From Hyaloraphidium curvatum SAG 235-1 (Eukaryota > Fungi > Monoblepharomycota), in the NCBI GenBank assembly GCA_025558095.1, contig JAIVFI010000024.1:62001-126000 (forward strand): a DNA stretch of 64,000 nt, read 5' to 3'. Positions 12,291-23,737 of this stretch are shown here, in pieces (positions within the stretch are counted from its first letter, which is position 1; each line of letters opens with the position of its first letter). Both the position numbers and the translations under genes were made by a program. The notes beneath the pieces are model-generated. The model did no database searches. It was given only the letters and a program-made list of their open reading frames with translations, and had not been told where the DNA came from.

Positions 12291-13859
12291 TCACTCGAAC
12301 CCATCCGGCGGCTCGAACCCCCCGCAGCTCCTTTCCACCGCCGCCGCAAACGCCAGCGCCGTCGCATCCCCACCCCTCCTCGCGACCGCCTGCACCCCCA
12401 CCGGCATCCCCGTCGCCGGGTCCCTCCCCGCCGGCATCGCGACCGACGGCAGCCCGCACATACCCGCGATCGTTGGCCAGGCGATCTGGTCGAGGTACGC
12501 GCGGCGGTGGCCGTCTTCTCCTTGCAGGGTGAGCCCGAGGCGGTGGTCGAGGGAGGCGACGGTCTCGGAGGCCGGGTCGTGGTGGGGCGCGAGGACGGGG
12601 ATGATCGGGCACAGGAGCACGTCGTGTGACTCGAAGAAGTCGGCGAATGCGGAGGCGAAATCGGCCAGGCGGCGGGCGTCGAGGTCCTGCCAGGCTCCGT
12701 GGCGGAGGTGCTCCGCCCGGGCCCTGAGCACCGTCAGGGGCGGATGCGAGCCGGGATCCTTCTTGGCCAGCGTCGCGAGCTCCGCCAGCTTGGCCTGCGG
12801 GGTGGCGTCGGACGAGGATGCGCACCACAGCATGAAGGCGAGGTCGCGCGCCGCCGCAAACCCGAACCCCGGCCGGGCTTGCACGTCGACCTTGGCTCCC
12901 GCCTCCTTCAGCTTCCTGACGAACGCCTCGAGCACGCGGAGAACCGGCCCGTCGGTGGGCACCGCTTCGTCTTCAAGCCACGCGCCGATCCGGAATCCGC
13001 GCACCTCCTTCCTCCCGTCGCCGGGCAGCTCGTACCGCACGTGGGGCTCGTGCTCCGGATCCGGCCCCGCGAGCACCCTCAGCGCGATCGCCAGGTCCGC
13101 CGCGCTCCTGGCGATCGGCCCCGCGGCGACCAGGTCGCTGTCGCGCCCGACCATCTCGGTGCCGAACTTGGGCAGGTGCCCGCGCAGGGGGACCAGCCCG
13201 TGCGTGGGGACGTGCGCAAAGAGGCCGCAGCAGTGCGCAGGCTGGCGGAGGGAGCCGCCCGAGTCGCTGCCGACGTCGAGCCCCGAGAGGCCGGATGCGA
13301 GGGCGGCAGCCGCCCCGCCCGAAGATCCTCCAGGGGTGCGCGAGACGTCGTAGGGGTTGCTGGTGCGGCCGTAGAGAGAGTTGCTGGTTTCCTCACCGGT
13401 GATTTTGGGCGGAACATTGGTCTTGCCGAGGATCACCGCGCCGGCGTCTTGAACGGTGACGTGTCGCTCCGTCAGCCCTTTTTGCCCCTCCGACGCACTC
13501 CAACCACGATGCTCACCTTTCAGCCGCTTGACCACCAGCGCGTCCTCCTCCGGCACGTGCCCCCCCATCGCCTTCACCCCCGCCGCGGTCCGCAGCCCCG
13601 TCGTCGCCCAGCAGTCCTTCACCGTGACCGGCAGACCGCACAGCGGTCCTCCCTCCCCCCCGTCCAGCACCGCATCGCACTTTGCGGCGTCTTCCTCGGC
13701 GCGGGGGTTGAGCGCCACCACGGCGTTGATGCGGGGGTTGTGCGCGGCGATGCGGCCGAGGTACAGGCGGGTGAGCTCGGCCGAGGTGATTTGGCGGGCG
13801 CGGAGGAGGGAGAGGAGCTCCGTGGCCGGGCGGAAGGCGAGCGAGGAGGGCGCGGACAT
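12291..13859 (-). CDS. Amidase signature family enzyme
   Basis: Motifs GLPVTVKD, GAVILGKTNVP, TPGGSSGG and GSDSGGSLRQPA. One probable in-frame intron lies at about 13450-13516. Confidence 0.95.
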   Translation of the reverse strand: MSAPSSLAFRPATELLSLLRARQITSAELTRLYLGRIAAHNPRINAVVALNPRAEEDAAKCDAVLDGGEGGPLCGLPVTVKDCWATTGLRTAAGVKAMGGHVPEEDALVVKRLKGEHRGWSASEGQKGLTERHVTVQDAGAVILGKTNVPPKITGEETSNSLYGRTSNPYDVSRTPGGSSGGAAAALASGLSGLDVGSDSGGSLRQPAHCCGLFAHVPTHGLVPLRGHLPKFGTEMVGRDSDLVAAGPIARSAADLAIALRVLAGPDPEHEPHVRYELPGDGRKEVRGFRIGAWLEDEAVPTDGPVLRVLEAFVRKLKEAGAKVDVQARPGFGFAAARDLAFMLWCASSSDATPQAKLAELATLAKKDPGSHPPLTVLRARAEHLRHGAWQDLDARRLADFASAFADFFESHDVLLCPIIPVLAPHHDPASETVASLDHRLGLTLQGEDGHRRAYLDQIAWPTIAGMCGLPSVAMPAGRDPATGMPVGVQAVARRGGDATALAFAAAVERSCGGFEPPDGFE

Positions 13860-14307
13860 CGTTGCCGTGAGTGTTGTCAGCGGTGGGCCGGATGAGCGGG
13901 CGAAGGGAAGCCTCCACCGTCAAATCGACAACAAAGGACCACCAATCCCGATTCGCTCCCAGCATCATCCCCCAGCACTGCCCATGGCACGACCGACAAT
14001 TCCCATGACCGTGTGGTGATACCTGGGAGGACAGGGGCGATCGCTCAAGAGATGGACATGCGAGACAGCCAATCATGCCATCAGAGACACGAGTTGAGAC
14101 CATAATCATCATCCACGCTTTGCAAATGCACTGCCACACCAAGGCTTCAAACGGCACCGCTTCTCGTTCTTCTCGTCGGGACAGGGATGGGCGCGGCGCC
14201 TGGAAACTGCGTCAGCCACCTCAGGCTCTCATCCGAGCCGTTCTCCCCAACACGTTCAGGACGAAGGGCCTTTGGAAAGCCGCGTCTCTTTGCCGCTTTG
14301 TGCTCTT

Positions 14308-15831
14308 ATGGGAGATACCGAGGCGGTAGAACCCCGCTCTGCGCTGTTCACGGCCGAGGAATGGGAAGTCATCGTCCCCAACTTTTCCGCGGCAGAGGAG
14401 GACGAGGAACGTCCGTTGGGACTTCGAAGCACTTGGAAACGCCCTAACGATGATTCTGGTGTCGATAATGAAGCGGAGACACGGCCGCTTCCACCGCTGA
14501 CGCCGCTCGCGGACCTCGCGCCGTTTCCTCGACTACGAAGCGCGGTCGCGTTCGAGCGCACCGTTCTCGGGATCGCAATCAGGGGGTTTCTATATCTCCC
14601 GTGCTTCTTCCTCGGCTGGATCGGCTTCGGTCTTCCTCTCCTCGCTTCGACTTTTGTGTTCAACAACGGACGCTTCTCCGACAAGCACCTCGCCGTCGGC
14701 TTTGCTGCGATGGCGTTCAGCACGGTCTACGTGTTTGTTCTCTACGTCGTCTTTATGCTGTCGCTCCCCGGAGTGCCCGCTATATATGCCAACGTGCTGC
14801 AAGGAGCGGCAAACTGGCACAAACTCGTGGTCAAGGGGACCTCCCCTCTCCTTGCACATCGCGAAACGCAGGACCGTAAATGCCCGTGCCCCTTGCCTTC
14901 TTGCTCCGGCAGACTGACAACGGGTTTCGGATGGGCACATTGGGTGTACACGGCGGTGATGCTGGTCGCTGCCCAGTTTTCCACCACAACCTTCGCATTC
15001 TGGACTCCCCTTATCAGCTTCTCGTCGAGCGTATGGGGCTCGGCGTGGGCGGTTCCTGCGGCTCTGGTCCTCGTTTTCACCGCGGCAACCAACCTCGTCA
15101 CGTGCCTCACCAGCAACATCGGCAATGCCTCGCTCATTGAGCTTGCCAACCGCGTCCAGACACGCGCGGTGAACATCGCTCTGAGATCGACGATGGAGGG
15201 GCTCCACGCTCGGCTATACTTTCGGCTGGACAGCAACAAACTGTCTCTGTCTCGCCACGAGCACCCCCATCATACCACTGCTGAGCAATCCATTGACAAC
15301 GAACTCAAGGAACATTCCCGGCTTTACATGCGTCTCATTGGGCGCTGGCGACGCGCCTCTTCAGACCTCAATCGCCCTCGCGCACTTTTCGTTGCCTTGT
15401 TCCCTGGCTGGGTCATTCCCGGGGTGATCTATGCCGCTGGATCCGGCTGCATCAACGTTTTCGTGGTCTCGTGCATCGCTTTTGCCGCCGTTCTGATCTT
15501 GGTCGACCTCGCCGTGATTGCAGCGAGCAACGAAGGGCCTGGACGGGCAGCGGCAGAGTACCGCGCCGCAAGCATGCTGCTTCGGGAGCTTTCTGCGCGC
15601 GCACGCGCGGCCGGGGACGCCGAACTCGCGGCTGATGCGTGCGACTTCCGCCGCGTCTTTGACGCCTACGCGGACGTGGGTGACGTGCGTGCCAAGCTGC
15701 TTGGGTTTCCAGTGAGCTGGGCCGTGCTCCGGAGTCTTGTGGTTGGATTCGCTACGCTGTTCATCGGGATGTGGACCCTCCTCAAGAGCGCGGGAATCAC
15801 GCTCACAATTGAATCCTTCTGTCCTGGGTAA
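14308..15831 (+). CDS. Multi-pass (7-TM) membrane protein, paralog of 31961-33580; candidate 7TM ion channel/GR-like
   Basis: Intronless ORF with seven hydrophobic segments and no signal peptide. It shares CPC, WTP..VW...WA, RAV and the C-terminal LGFPV/FGVPV motifs with the paralog. Confidence 0.8.
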   Translation: MGDTEAVEPRSALFTAEEWEVIVPNFSAAEEDEERPLGLRSTWKRPNDDSGVDNEAETRPLPPLTPLADLAPFPRLRSAVAFERTVLGIAIRGFLYLPCFFLGWIGFGLPLLASTFVFNNGRFSDKHLAVGFAAMAFSTVYVFVLYVVFMLSLPGVPAIYANVLQGAANWHKLVVKGTSPLLAHRETQDRKCPCPLPSCSGRLTTGFGWAHWVYTAVMLVAAQFSTTTFAFWTPLISFSSSVWGSAWAVPAALVLVFTAATNLVTCLTSNIGNASLIELANRVQTRAVNIALRSTMEGLHARLYFRLDSNKLSLSRHEHPHHTTAEQSIDNELKEHSRLYMRLIGRWRRASSDLNRPRALFVALFPGWVIPGVIYAAGSGCINVFVVSCIAFAAVLILVDLAVIAASNEGPGRAAAEYRAASMLLRELSARARAAGDAELAADACDFRRVFDAYADVGDVRAKLLGFPVSWAVLRSLVVGFATLFIGMWTLLKSAGITLTIESFCPG

Positions 15832-15946
15832 GGAGCTCATGACAAGGACTCTGGATCAAGGGAATAGAAGCCGTCGGCAAATCACTGGTGACGAAGTTCT
15901 ATATCCTTCCAAGACCGCCATATGTACACCGAACGCGCGCCCTCTC

Positions 15947-18086
15947 CTACGCGTAGACAAACTCGGCACCGTTGAAGTCGATGAGCGGGAGCTCGTCCTG
16001 AAGTTGAGGGCAGAACGTCAGAAGGTCCTGGGCAACATCCGAAAAGACCGGAGCCACACCTTCTCGCGCCAGTAGTCCTGCGTGTGCGCCCATTCGCGCT
16101 TCTCGCCGCGCTGGGGAAGCTTGTCCATATCTCGCTTGAGGTACTCCGGGTCTGGAGGGGAAAACGGCCAGGGTCAGCCTCGACAATCCCGAAAAACTTG
16201 GTGGATCCCACTGAAGTTCTCCTCGTCGATCCAGGGCAGGATCTTCATGTCCTTGTCCTCGGGACGCAGGGCCGGCACCACCTTCTTGAACCCCTTTTCC
16301 CGCATGTGCTTCATCAGCCGGATGTAGAACTCCGAGATCATGTCGGAGCGGAGGGTCCACGAGGCGCGGAAGTAGCCTGCGGGGCGGAGCGGATCAGGGC
16401 AGGCCGAGTGCGGCCGCGAGAGGGGACGCACCAAACACCCAGGCCATGTTGGGCACTCCCGTGAACATGGTGCCGCGGTAGGTGATGGTGTTGTGCCAGT
16501 CGACCGGCTTGCCGTCGACGGTGAACTTGATGTCGCCCATGATGCAGAGGTTGAAGCCGGTGGCGGCCACGATGATGTCGGCCTGCAGCGTCTTGCCCGA
16601 CTTGAGCAGGATGCCGTCCTCGACGAACTTGTCGATGTGGTCCGTGACGACCTCGGCCTTGCCGGACGAGATGCCCTTGAACATGTCGCCGTCGGGAATG
16701 AAGGCGATGCGCTGCTGCCACGGCCGGTACGAGGGGGTGAAGTGCGACATGTCGTAGCCCTCGGGGAGGTGGGCCTTGACGCCGGCGAGCAGCTCGGCCT
16801 TGACCTGGTCGGGCTCCTCGATGCAGCGCTTGGTGAAGAGGGCCTGCTCGTAGATGATCTTGCGGCGCACGATCTCGTGGATCCAGGACTCGTCGACCTG
16901 CAGCTTGCGGAGCTCGTCGGCAATGTCGATGCCGTTGCGGCCGATGATGAAGTACTGGAAGGACGAGGAAAGATCGAAAGATCAGCGAAAGCACGCTGCC
17001 TCCCGAGCAGGACGACGCACAGTAGGCGAGCGCTGCAGCATGGTGATCTTCTTGACGTCGGCGGCCATGGCCGGGATCACGGTCGCCGCGGTGGCGCCCG
17101 AGCCGATGACGACGACGGTCTTGTCCTTGTAGTCCAGGTCCTTGGGCCAGATCATGGCGTGGATCAGCTGGCCCTTGTAGTTCTCCGTGCCCTCCCACTT
17201 GGGCATGTACGGCGTGGTGTGGCTGGAGCGCACGGCGGGAGATCAGCATCGGCGCTGGCGGAGCAAACGAAGCGCGAAAACGCACTTGTAGTAGCCCTGG
17301 CACATCCACAGGAAGTTGCAGGTGATCTTCACGGCCTCGCCGGTGGCGCGGTTGGTCCCCTGGATGGTCCAGGTGTTGGTCTCGGACGACCACGAGGCGG
17401 CGCTGACGTGCTGCCGGTAGCGGATGTGCTTGTCGATGCCGTTCTCCTGGATCACCTCGTCCATGTAGCTGAGAATCTCGCCGGCGGTGGCGATCGGAGC
17501 CCCGACCCAGGGCTTGTGCTTGTAGCCGAAGGTGTAGAGGTCCTGCGAGCACAAGGAGGCAAAAGGATCAGAGCGGGTTCCGGGGGCCGGAGGGCAACGG
17601 GCTGCGACGCACCGAGTCGGAGCGGATGCCGGGGTACTTGTGGGTGGTCCAGGTGCCGCCAAAGGTCTCCTGCATCTCGAGGATCACGAAGGTGCTGTCG
17701 GGCAGCTCCTGCGGGACGGAACGCAGAGTCAGACCCCTTAGAAACGGCGGAATGCAGGGGTAACGCGAGAAACGTACCTTCTGGAGGTGGTAGGCGGCTG
17801 TTTCGCGGGAAGAATGGCGAATGGAGGGCGGTGGCCGGCGGTGGCCATCGGGCGAGGTGTCGGATGAGTCGGTCGGTCGGGGGTTGCGGACGGCGGCGGA
17901 AAAGCCAGCACGGGGGGCCGGAGGAGGCAGAAAAGGTGGCGAGCAGGTGAAACGGCGTGACCCGAAGCGGAGGTGGAGGCAGAGACGTGGTCAGGCGGGC
18001 CCGGAAACGCCGGAGAGAGTTGGCGCACCTGCGATGCCGGAGATCCCCGCGCCGATGATTAGCGAGTCAAAGTGCTCGGCAGGCAT
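15947..18086 (-). CDS. FAD-containing Baeyer-Villiger monooxygenase, EthA-like (multi-exon)
   Basis: Motifs [53 protein letters not shown] (BVMO fingerprint), [23 protein letters not shown] and [10 protein letters not shown]. Confidence 0.93.
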
Positions 18087-19090
18087 CGTTGCGGTGTTGT
18101 GGAGGGCCAAGGAGCGGTGGGACGAGGCGGCGAGGGAAGGAGATGAAGTTGGGGAGCGAGTGAGCGAAGGGGCGCCGGCTCAAATAGTGCCCGATGACTC
18201 AAGAAGCGACAGGTTCACCCGGAGACACCGTGGGAGACGTCCGAAACGGCCAGGACGGGGCGCATGGGACTTCTAATAATCGCTTCTATTTGTTGGATGG
18301 ACTTTTCCGGCCCCCGTGGCAGCCGGATGTGCTCGCAAGCTGCATCCCCATCCCTCAGCACAGCCGGACACACTGTGGCAAACGCGCCAACGGCCCGGAG
18401 AGCATCATTTCGCGGCAGGCGATCCGATGGCATCATTTCTCGACATATTCGATGCTTCTCGTTGTTCACTGTAGCAGGTCCGCCGCACCGCTCGCCTACG
18501 TCACTGTGGCAACTTTGGCTCGGCGCTTTGCCTCCGACGATCTCGGCCCTCAAGGACCCTTTCCGTTGACTCACTGTGGCTCCGATGTTGTGCATGCTCT
18601 CCATCCTAGGACAGCTGGTGGAGTAGCGCTTGAACCGGGAAGCAAGGCTTGGGGCGGCTCGGCCGGAGCATCGGCGCCCGGCGACGGAGCGTACCGTGCT
18701 CCATTGTGGTTGACTCCAAATGGCCGCCCAACAACTTCTGGATCGGCCGCGCGGGAGACATGTCGCCGGATCCGATTAGGATTGCCACTCGCTCGTGAAT
18801 GGACCCTGCAGCCGGAGGGACGAACTTCACTCCATTGCGAGCCAAACTGCCCTTGGAATAACAACGAACTTGACTCTTTCCTTCCTTTCCCCAACTCTTC
18901 CCCAACCAAACGATTTCACTAGAGGCCTGTGGTGTTGCCCTTCTCGCGCTCCTTGGCGCGGATCCCAGGACGTCCAGGACATTCCAAGCCGCGTTCTGTT
19001 TACGCCAACAAAGCTGCGTGCACCTTTTTCGCGGCCCCGAAACCCGGGAGCATCGTTACGGCTGGTTTGATTTTGGCTCATTCGGCCGAG

Positions 19091-20233
19091 ATGCCCCCGC
19101 GGCGCCCGCCCAAGGCGCCGGAATCTGACGAGGACGACGACGATGGTCCGCTGTTTCATCGGGATCTCGTCTCGTACATGTTCCCCAACGGCCCCGCGGG
19201 GCTGTACATCTCGCGAGCGGAGAGCGACGCGATCACCGCCGCGCTGGACGCGTGGAAGCGCGCCCAAATCGCGCTGGAGCGGCGGCTCTCCTCGGCGCCG
19301 TCGGCGCACGAGGTCGTGGCGCAGCTCCTGCACGGCTTCTCGTGCGCGTCCAAGGGGTGCGAGCTCGCGCACGGCAAGGCGCTGTACCGCTGCCTGGGCG
19401 TGCACGTGACGCAGATGGACTGGCGGGATGTTGTCGACGGCCTGCCGCCGCCGCCCTCTGCGCGCCGCGCGGGGCAGGTGCTCGCGGCGCTGGCGGGCTC
19501 CGGGTGGGCGTATTTGCTCGTGAGAAACATCGAGGAATCAGGGCGGAGCACGAGGGCCCGGCAGATCGCGGAGCTGTCGGTCGAACCGCTAAAGCACCTC
19601 ATGGAGGCGAACCGCGACTTTGCGAGGAAGTTCACCCGGTCGCTGCCCGACAACCAGCTGGCCGCCATGGCCTCTTTGGTCGCCCGGGGCATCGACCCGC
19701 CCGACGAACACTTCCCGATCGGGCTGCAAATTTCGGAACGCGCCAGGGACCTCGGCGACCTGCTCGTCATGCTCTACGTGGCCGGCGACGAGGCCAGCAG
19801 GGCCCGGATGCGGGCCGTGTTGCGCGCCGACCGCACATTCATGGAGCGCGTCGTCCGCCCTCTGGCCTCCTCGCACCAGGCGGAAGAGCACAGGGGCATG
19901 CTGGCCCGCTGGATCGTCGCCGGCGACCCCGCGGCCGTGCAGCCCCTTCTCGACGCCTGGCACGAGCACCGCTACGGTCCCGCCGTGTGCTCGCGCCTCG
20001 GATGCGAGACGCTGACCTACAAGCCCGCGAGCTTGGCGCCGAGGACGGAGGAGGAGGCGCCACCCCGTATCCCGGGCTGTGGGAGGTGCAAGCTGGTGCA
20101 CTACTGCTCGACAGAGTGCCAGGCGGGGGATTGGAAGCAGCACAAGGTGTTTTGCGGGAAGGAGCCGCCGCCGGATAGGTCGGTGCTCAGCCTGCCAGAG
20201 GGGTGGAAGCCGGTGTGCACGCGGACGGCGTGA
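19091..20233 (+). CDS. MYND-type zinc finger protein
   Basis: C-terminal CSRLGC...CGRCKLVHYCSTECQAGDWKQHKVFC; intronless. Confidence 0.88.
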   Translation: MPPRRPPKAPESDEDDDDGPLFHRDLVSYMFPNGPAGLYISRAESDAITAALDAWKRAQIALERRLSSAPSAHEVVAQLLHGFSCASKGCELAHGKALYRCLGVHVTQMDWRDVVDGLPPPPSARRAGQVLAALAGSGWAYLLVRNIEESGRSTRARQIAELSVEPLKHLMEANRDFARKFTRSLPDNQLAAMASLVARGIDPPDEHFPIGLQISERARDLGDLLVMLYVAGDEASRARMRAVLRADRTFMERVVRPLASSHQAEEHRGMLARWIVAGDPAAVQPLLDAWHEHRYGPAVCSRLGCETLTYKPASLAPRTEEEAPPRIPGCGRCKLVHYCSTECQAGDWKQHKVFCGKEPPPDRSVLSLPEGWKPVCTRTA

Positions 20234-20611
20234 CACACATTAGGGAGTTACGGACGTGTACTTGGGGGGAGAGGCCCCAAAATGAGACAATAGCCATGAA
20301 CGGACACCGAATCAAACTCAGCACTTCCGTGTCGAGAGCTAGAGATTTAGAGCCCGCAATCGTGGTTTTCGCTCAAATCTGTTGGTACCCGATGTGCCCG
20401 GACGGAAGGGGCGATCGCCCCCCGGTCTCCTGGAAAGGACGGGCGGCCAAGTAAATGAAGAATCCGCCTGCCAGCTGGCTCCTGGCCGCTTTCCAATCTA
20501 ACCCTATGCGAGCGCGATGACGCCTTGGTGAAGGGGCTGCTTCCCATGCCAGCGGGAGCATTGGTAAGCGCCTTCAGATCCGCATCCTCGCCTTCCCGCC
20601 CCGTTGGCCCG

Positions 20612-23562
20612 ATGGCCGCGGCTCCGCTGCCGCCGGCGCTGCTCGCCGCGCTGCCGACCCTCGCGGCGCCGGGCGTGTGCCTCGCGGGGCGCGCGCGCTG
20701 CCCGCGTGCGGCCCCGCCGGCCCCGCGGCGGCACGGCGCGCCCGCGCCATCGCCGGCGCTCCTCGCCCCGCTGCGGGCGTTCTCGCTGAGAGCTACCCAT
20801 GGAGCCCGCATTTTGGGCGCCCGCGGGTTCGCCAACCTCGGGCTGTCGGCGCGGCGGCGGCTCGAGAAGCTGGAGCGCGAGGCGGGCGAGCCGGACAGGG
20901 CCGTGGACGAGCGGTGGCAGGGCAACTTCATGAAGGTGCGATTTTCGAGCGATGGACAGGCGATGGGCTGGTTCCGAGGCGGTCGGGAGCACTCCGATGG
21001 GGTGTGGGCACGCTCGCGGTGGAACCCGGATCGGGGCAGTCGGGAACGTGTCATGGCGTTCTGCGGCCCATCGGGACTCCAATTTCCGTTCCTGGCAATG
21101 CTTTAAAGTTGTCGGGACGGGGATCTGCTGGAAGGAGGTCGCGATCGCTGCGCCGGAACGGTTCCGAGCCGTACCGGCTTCGGGACCCCCGGCTGACCGT
21201 GCCGGCACCGCGCTTGGCCCGGAGCAAGCCGTCTTTTCCGTTCCAAAATTCTTGAATCATTAACTGACGCACCTCCCTACCGCAGAACCTCGTCTCCATG
21301 CGGGCCCCGCCGCAGTACATCGTGCACCGCTTCGAGACCCAGCCGCAGCTCGCCGCGCTCTCCCTCCCCCCCGCCGCCCACGCCGCCGCCGTCGCCCGCA
21401 TCCAGTCGAACCCCGACAGCATGCGCGCGTACCTCGCCGCGCTCGGCGTGGATGGCGACGCGCGCGAACGCGTGGTGCGGTTCGTCGCCGGCGCCGCGGC
21501 CGCCGCCGAGTCGTCCCCGGGCGCGGTGCGGATGGAGGTCGCCGAGGCGATCCGCGCCGCGGCGGCGCAGAACCCCGCGGACCCCAAGATGTTCGTGCAG
21601 GAGCCCGGGAAGAAGGGGCGCTCGTTCTGGATCCGCGGGCCGCTGTCGGCACTGGCGTCGGCGCTCAACCCCGCCGGCCAGGGCGGGTCCGGTGCCGCGG
21701 GGCAGCAGGCGTACTCGTCGGGCGGCGGGGGGGCGCCGCCGCCGTCGGGGGAGCCGCTGCAGATCACCATCAGCGAGAGCTGGACGTGGGCGGGGATGGT
21801 GCGGCGGATGATGGTCGCGAGCGTGGGGTTCTTGGCCCTCATGACGGGGCTGAGCGTTGTGTTTGAGAGCCAGGGCGGGCGTGGACCTGGTGGTGGGTTC
21901 ATCTGGGGAATGCGCGTGGTGTTGCCGGCGTGGGCTCACATCTCCGCCGCCTCCAGCGATGCAATCGCACGAGGTCGAGCCCTACAACCAGCCGCCGATC
22001 CGGTTCAACGACGTGCAGGGCGTCGATGAGGCCAAGGAGGAGCTGCAGGAGATTGTTGAGTTCCTCAAGGAGCCAAAGAAGTTCATGGACGTCGGCGGGA
22101 AGCTGCCCAAGGGTGGGTGGCGGTGCGCCTGACAGTCACGAGCGGTTTTCTGACGGCGTTCCGCCCGCAGGCGTCCTTCTCTACGGCCCGCCGGGCACCG
22201 GCAAGACCCACCTCGCGCGCGCCATCGCCGGCGAGGCCGGCGTGCCCTTCTTCTACATGTCCGGCTCCGAGTTCGACGAGCTCTACGTGGGCGTGGGCGC
22301 CCGCCGCGTGCGCGACCTCTTCAAGAGCGCCAAAAAGAAGGCGCCCTGCATCGTGTTCATCGACGAGCTCGACGCCGTGGGCTCCAAGCGCTCGGCGCGG
22401 GACCAGAGCTACATGCGGCAGACGCTCAACCAGCTCCTCGTGGAGCTCGACGGTTTCTCCTCCACCGAGGGCATCATCCTCATCGGCGCGACCAACACCC
22501 CCGAGGCCCTGGACAAGGCGCTCACGCGGCCCGGCCGGTTCGACCGGATGGTCAACGTCCCCCTGCCCGACGTGCGCGGGCGGACAAAGATCCTCGAGGT
22601 GCACATGAAGGGCGTCTCGGTCGACCCGGCCGTCAAGCCCGACGTGATCGCCAAGGGCACCCCCGGCTTCTCGGGCGCCGACCTGGCCAACCTCGTCAAC
22701 CAGGCCGCCATCCGCGCCAGCAAGGAGGGGGCGCGGTGGGTCCGCATGCCGGACCTGGAGTGGGCCAAGGACAAGATCATGATGGGCGCGGAGCGGCGGT
22801 CGGCGGTCATCTCGGAGCAGGACAAGAAGGTCACGGCGTACCACGAGGGCGGGCACGCGCTCGTGGCGCTGTACACGCCCGGCGCGCACCCGCTGCACAA
22901 GGTCACGGTGATGCCGCGGGGGTCGGCGCTGGGGATCACGTCGTTCCTGCCCAATGCGGAGCACGGGATGAGCAAGAAGGAGATGCTGGCGAGCATGGAC
23001 GTGAGCATGGGCGGGCGGGCGGCGGAGGAGCTCATTTTCGGGGGGGAGGAAGTGACGACGGGGGCCAGCAGCGACTTTTCCAAGGCGACGTCGATGGCAA
23101 GGACCATGGTGATGCAGATGGGCATGAACGACAAGGTGGGTTTCGAGAAGGCGGTGCCGGGCCATCGGCTGAGTGTTCTGACGTCGTCGTTTTTGTCGTT
23201 GCCCACAGCTCGGCCCCGTCTACTTCCGCGAGGACGACCTGCGCAACCTCTCCTCCGAGTACCGCCGCGAGCTCGACGCCGAGATCGCGGCCTACGTCAA
23301 CTCGTCGTACCGCCGCGCGATCGGCGTGCTCAAGGAGCACGAGCCCGAGCTGCACCTCCTCGCCAAGGCGCTCATCGAGCACGAGACGCTGACCTCGGAG
23401 GAGGTGCGGATGGTCATCCGCGGCGAGGCCCTGCCGCGGGACGAGCGCGGGCTCAAGATCGAGGTCGGGCCGGGGTCGGGGGGGACCGAGGCGCCGGCAA
23501 AGGAGGACAAGCCGGTGCCGCCGAAGAAGGGGCCCAAGGTGCCGGGGCTCCAGGGGGCCTGA
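20612..23562 (+). CDS. YME1: Mitochondrial i-AAA protease Yme1 (FtsH family), multi-exon
   Basis: Transit-peptide-like N-terminus and a single TM. Motifs [22 protein letters not shown], Walker A GPPGTGKT, Walker [20 protein letters not shown] and the zinc site HEGGH. Confidence 0.95.
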
Positions 23563-23737
23563 AGGCGGACTTAGTGGATGAACGTATTGCTGTATGCTTT
23601 GAACACGAGGAACATTGCGTCCAAGACCTGTTGCTCGTGCTTGGCATCCCGCAACTGAAGACGCGATAACGTGCTCGAGTCAGCTGGACCCATGTTCGAC
23701 GCGCCCCATCCCCAATTCTGCCAACCCCATCATCGCC

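Noticed and set aside
18194-18922. 242-aa ORF between the BVMO and MYND genes
   Set aside because: It lacks the codon bias of neighbouring genes and has no motif. It is probably divergent-promoter or intergenic DNA, though a degraded gene cannot be excluded.
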